From the NCBI GenBank assembly GCA_043228905.1, contig JBHGNT010000008.1, positions 620,001-684,000 on the forward strand: a stretch of 64,000 nucleotides of DNA. Direction: 5' to 3'. Shown one piece after another: positions 61,342-64,000 of the stretch. A program made the position numbers and the translations under genes. The notes beneath the pieces were generated by a model. It made no database searches. It saw nothing but the letters and a program-made list of their open reading frames with translations, and was not told the origin of the DNA. Every line of letters starts with the position of its first letter. Position 1 is the first letter of the stretch. Source of the stretch: Azolla caroliniana (taxonomy: Eukaryota > Plantae > Polypodiophyta).

Positions 61342-64000
61342 TGTCGTGAAGAAAACCGCCCACAAGGGGAATCGGAGGAACAAGGCGTGGGGGAAACGGC
61401 TCTACACGCACACGCGCGCCAAGAAGTACCTAAGGACGAAGTAGGTACATACGAGGATCCTAGGTGGGTAGATTCGGTTGGTATGCAGTTAATGCCAAAC
61501 GGCCTCTTGACGGGATATAAAAGGAAGAGGAAGAATAGAAGTGGGGTATCTCGCGCGGAGAGGACGAAGTGCTGCCGAACCGATTTGGAAGCTCCTCTCT
61601 CACTCCTGCTTTCTCTGTTTTCTGCTCCATCGCGTACCTGTGCAGGTTTCGAGGAGGCTTGCGCTGTTCCGTGGAACGCCCCGAGTGCGTCCTGCAGCAC
61701 CTCCGACCTGTTTTCCCCTTCCCGTGCGTCGCGACATACAGGGGTCGGCATCTGTTCGCCGCCCTGTTCGTTTTCGTTAGTATCTATTTCGTGCCCTACC
61801 GTGGGTTGTAACGCTTTAGCCTGTTATTTTCTTGCATTCATAAGTACATATCTTTCGTGGTTGCGTCCATCTGCGTCGGCGTTTATTTGCGATCTCTGTT
61901 TGTTGGGCCGTGTCCCTGTGCAATCTTCGGTTCTGTGTAATCGGGTCTCTCTCCTCTTCTTCTCTCTCTCTCTCTTGCTCTTCGGTCCAAGACCCCCGTG
62001 GTCCCTCCTCCTTTCTGCACGCAAGGGCGTAGCAACCCTCGACATCTTGGTGAACCCGACGTGAAAGAGGCGGCAGAAGAGCAGGAAATGAGGGGGTCGG
62101 ATCTCGCAGAGGCCATGGCTTCGGCCGTGGATCGGATTGTAAACGCGCGCGAGAGCACCGGTGCCCTCGACAGAGCTATTGAGGCGGTCGTCGGCACGAT
62201 CGGCCGGTTCGATGGGAAGGATGCCACGAAGTATTTGGCGTCCTACGGTGCAGAGATGCTGATGCGGGACATTCCGGAAGAAAGGCGTCTTGCCGGATTT
62301 CCCCGAGTGGCGATGCCGAGCATCCATACGGAGGTGCTCGAGGTGCGGACGGAGAGCCGTACCTGGGAGGAGTTCGAAGGTCGGCTCCTAGAGAAATACG
62401 GGCTGGACGACGCGCTCCGGCTTTCGAAGCGAAGGTTCATGGAATGGGTGGAGTCCCCGGGGAAGGGAAGAAACGCGTCGGCGCTCCTCCGGGAGTTCGA
62501 GGAAAACTTTGCGCGCCTTTCGGCGCTTGACCGAACCATCCTGGACACGAGCCGGGTCTTGCTGTTTGTCAAGTCGGTCGACGAGCGGGATCGGGAGCAA
62601 GTGGGCTTCTTGCTGGAAACCGAAGACGGGCTCACTACCGACTGGGCGGCTGTCAGGAAGGTCTGTGGCCGTTTCGACAAACGGCGAGAATGGGCGGATA
62701 ACGGGGCGACCGGGTCGGGCTCGGTCGCAGGAAGGAAGCTCGAACCAGCGCCACAGGTGCGCAAGGAAGAGACCCGGGAGTGGTTGGAAACCGGTTCGGC
62801 TTCGACCGGCGTAGTCAGAGGCTCAACCGGAGGAGCGGCGCTGGAGGAATTGACGAAGGCGATAAAGGACCTCCAAATCGCGCAGGCCCGAAGGGAAGGA
62901 GGCGAACCGGCTCGTGACCGACGGCCGGCGGCAGGAAACAGGTGCATGTGGTGCGATGAAGTCGGCCACATTCGGAAGGACTGCGGCGACTTCGCGGAGG
63001 CGCTGAGGAACAGGGTGGTGTACCTGTGGGAAGGACGGGTGCATGCCAGCGACACCCGAAGGGCCCTGAGCCGAAACGACGGAAAAGGCTGTATGAAAAG
63101 GGTGATGGAAGAGGCGGCGGCCCGACACGCGGAAACCGTCCACTACTCGGCGTCGGCCGGCATTCGAGTCGGGGGCGGCGAGGCCCGGAGGGAAAGCAAA
63201 GCCGGATTCTGGCCAACGGTGCTGGAAGGCCTTGCCGATACGAGGATGAAGAGGGAGGAATCGGACCGTGCGGAGAAACGGGTACGGGAGATGACCGGGT
63301 GGAGCGACCCGGTCGAGGAAAGGACGGGCTTCGTGGAAGCTGCTTGCCAGAACTACGAGGCTCTGGTAGAAGAGAAGCGGGTGGGGAGACCCGGGACGAC
63401 CGGGCCCTCACAACGATACGAGACCCGGTCCGGGCCACGACGGGACGAAGCCGGCGGGGCCGGTACGCAAGATAAACCCCAGAAGGGCGGGTACCGTCTG
63501 GGGACGGAGATAGAAAGGACCACGGACTTACGAAAGGTCCTGGAGGAACGGATCCTCGACAGCAAGGTGGAGCTGTCGTTACGAGAGGTGCTGGGAATCG
63601 CCAAGAAGGAGTTCCACGACTCCATCGTGGACTTGGTGAAACGGAAGAGGCTGTCGACGGAGACAGAACCGGAAAGACCGGTGGAAGTGCGGACGACGCA
63701 CCTAGACGACATGGCGCTGGGAGACGAGTGGGCGGAAAGCCACTATTCGAGACCACACTGGGCCCGAGCGACCACGGAAACCCCGGTGAAGGTCGGCGAT
63801 GTCCAGGAACCGGTGATAGCTTTGGTGGACCACGGATCGGAGATCAATTTGATGTCCATGGACTTCTATAAGAAGGGCAAATGGCCGATCAACACCAAGC
63901 ACGGGTGGAAAATAAGGGCAGCAACGCGCGCCACCGAGGAACTGCACGGGGCCTGTCCGAATGTGTGGGTCAAGATTGGCGACGTCGAGATTGACCAACA
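61342..64000 (+). mobile_element. Young Phygy-like Gypsy: 5' LTR 61342-62044, Trp PBS 62048-62065, gag-protease ORF running off the window
   Basis: TGTCGTGAAG...CTCGACA LTR; PBS TGGTGAACCCGACGTGAA. Confidence 0.92.
62088..64000 (+). CDS. Gag-protease polyprotein, apparently uninterrupted (absent from the ORF track because it has no stop in the window)
   Basis: MRGSDLAEAM...GRFDGKDATKYL...CMWCDEVGHIRKDC...ALVDHGSEINLMS...KIGDVEIDQ, read by eye without stops. Confidence 0.85.
   Translation, partial: MRGSDLAEAMASAVDRIVNARESTGALDRAIEAVVGTIGRFDGKDATKYLASYGAEMLMRDIPEERRLAGFPRVAMPSIHTEVLEVRTESRTWEEFEGRLLEKYGLDDALRLSKRRFMEWVESPGKGRNASALLREFEENFARLSALDRTILDTSRVLLFVKSVDERDREQVGFLLETEDGLTTDWAAVRKVCGRFDKRREWADNGATGSGSVAGRKLEPAPQVRKEETREWLETGSASTGVVRGSTGGAALEELTKAIKDLQIAQARREGGEPARDRRPAAGNRCMWCDEVGHIRKDCGDFAEALRNRVVYLWEGRVHASDTRRALSRNDGKGCMKRVMEEAAARHAETVHYSASAGIRVGGGEARRESKAGFWPTVLEGLADTRMKREESDRAEKRVREMTGWSDPVEERTGFVEAACQNYEALVEEKRVGRPGTTGPSQRYETRSGPRRDEAGGAGTQDKPQKGGYRLGTEIERTTDLRKVLEERILDSKVELSLREVLGIAKKEFHDSIVDLVKRKRLSTETEPERPVEVRTTHLDDMALGDEWAESHYSRPHWARATTETPVKVGDVQEPVIALVDHGSEINLMSMDFYKKGKWPINTKHGWKIRAATRATEELHGACPNVWVKIGDVEIDQ

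Overview
Eukaryotic plant nuclear DNA, most likely from a fern. This is inferred from PLS-class PPR genes, Phygy-like Gypsy elements, RTE-like LINEs and abundant (CT/GA)n tracts. Bases 1-15.5 kb form a small gene island: a decayed plastid insertion (rpl22-rps3), a tandem pair of intronless membrane-protein genes, two PLS-E PPR genes and a spliced but motif-divergent FolD gene. Bases ~16-64 kb are a nested retroelement graveyard: several Phygy-like Gypsy copies primed by tRNA-Trp, a Tat-like fragment, a young Tnt1/Tork-like Copia, L1 and RTE-like LINEs, solo LTRs and an intronless xanthine dehydrogenase fragment. The strongest signals concern the Phygy-like family: (1) a conserved G_GAT_TTT -1 frameshift site plus hairpin placed after the protease; (2) every readable junction falls on a CpG-centred 4-bp target (M-C-G-K); (3) three different LTRs or LTR-like inserts carry an antisense tRNA-derived A-box/B-box module. 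Two divergent LINE families also share a covarying 3' stem-loop and a (CT)n tail. All calls were made by eye, with no alignments or database searches.
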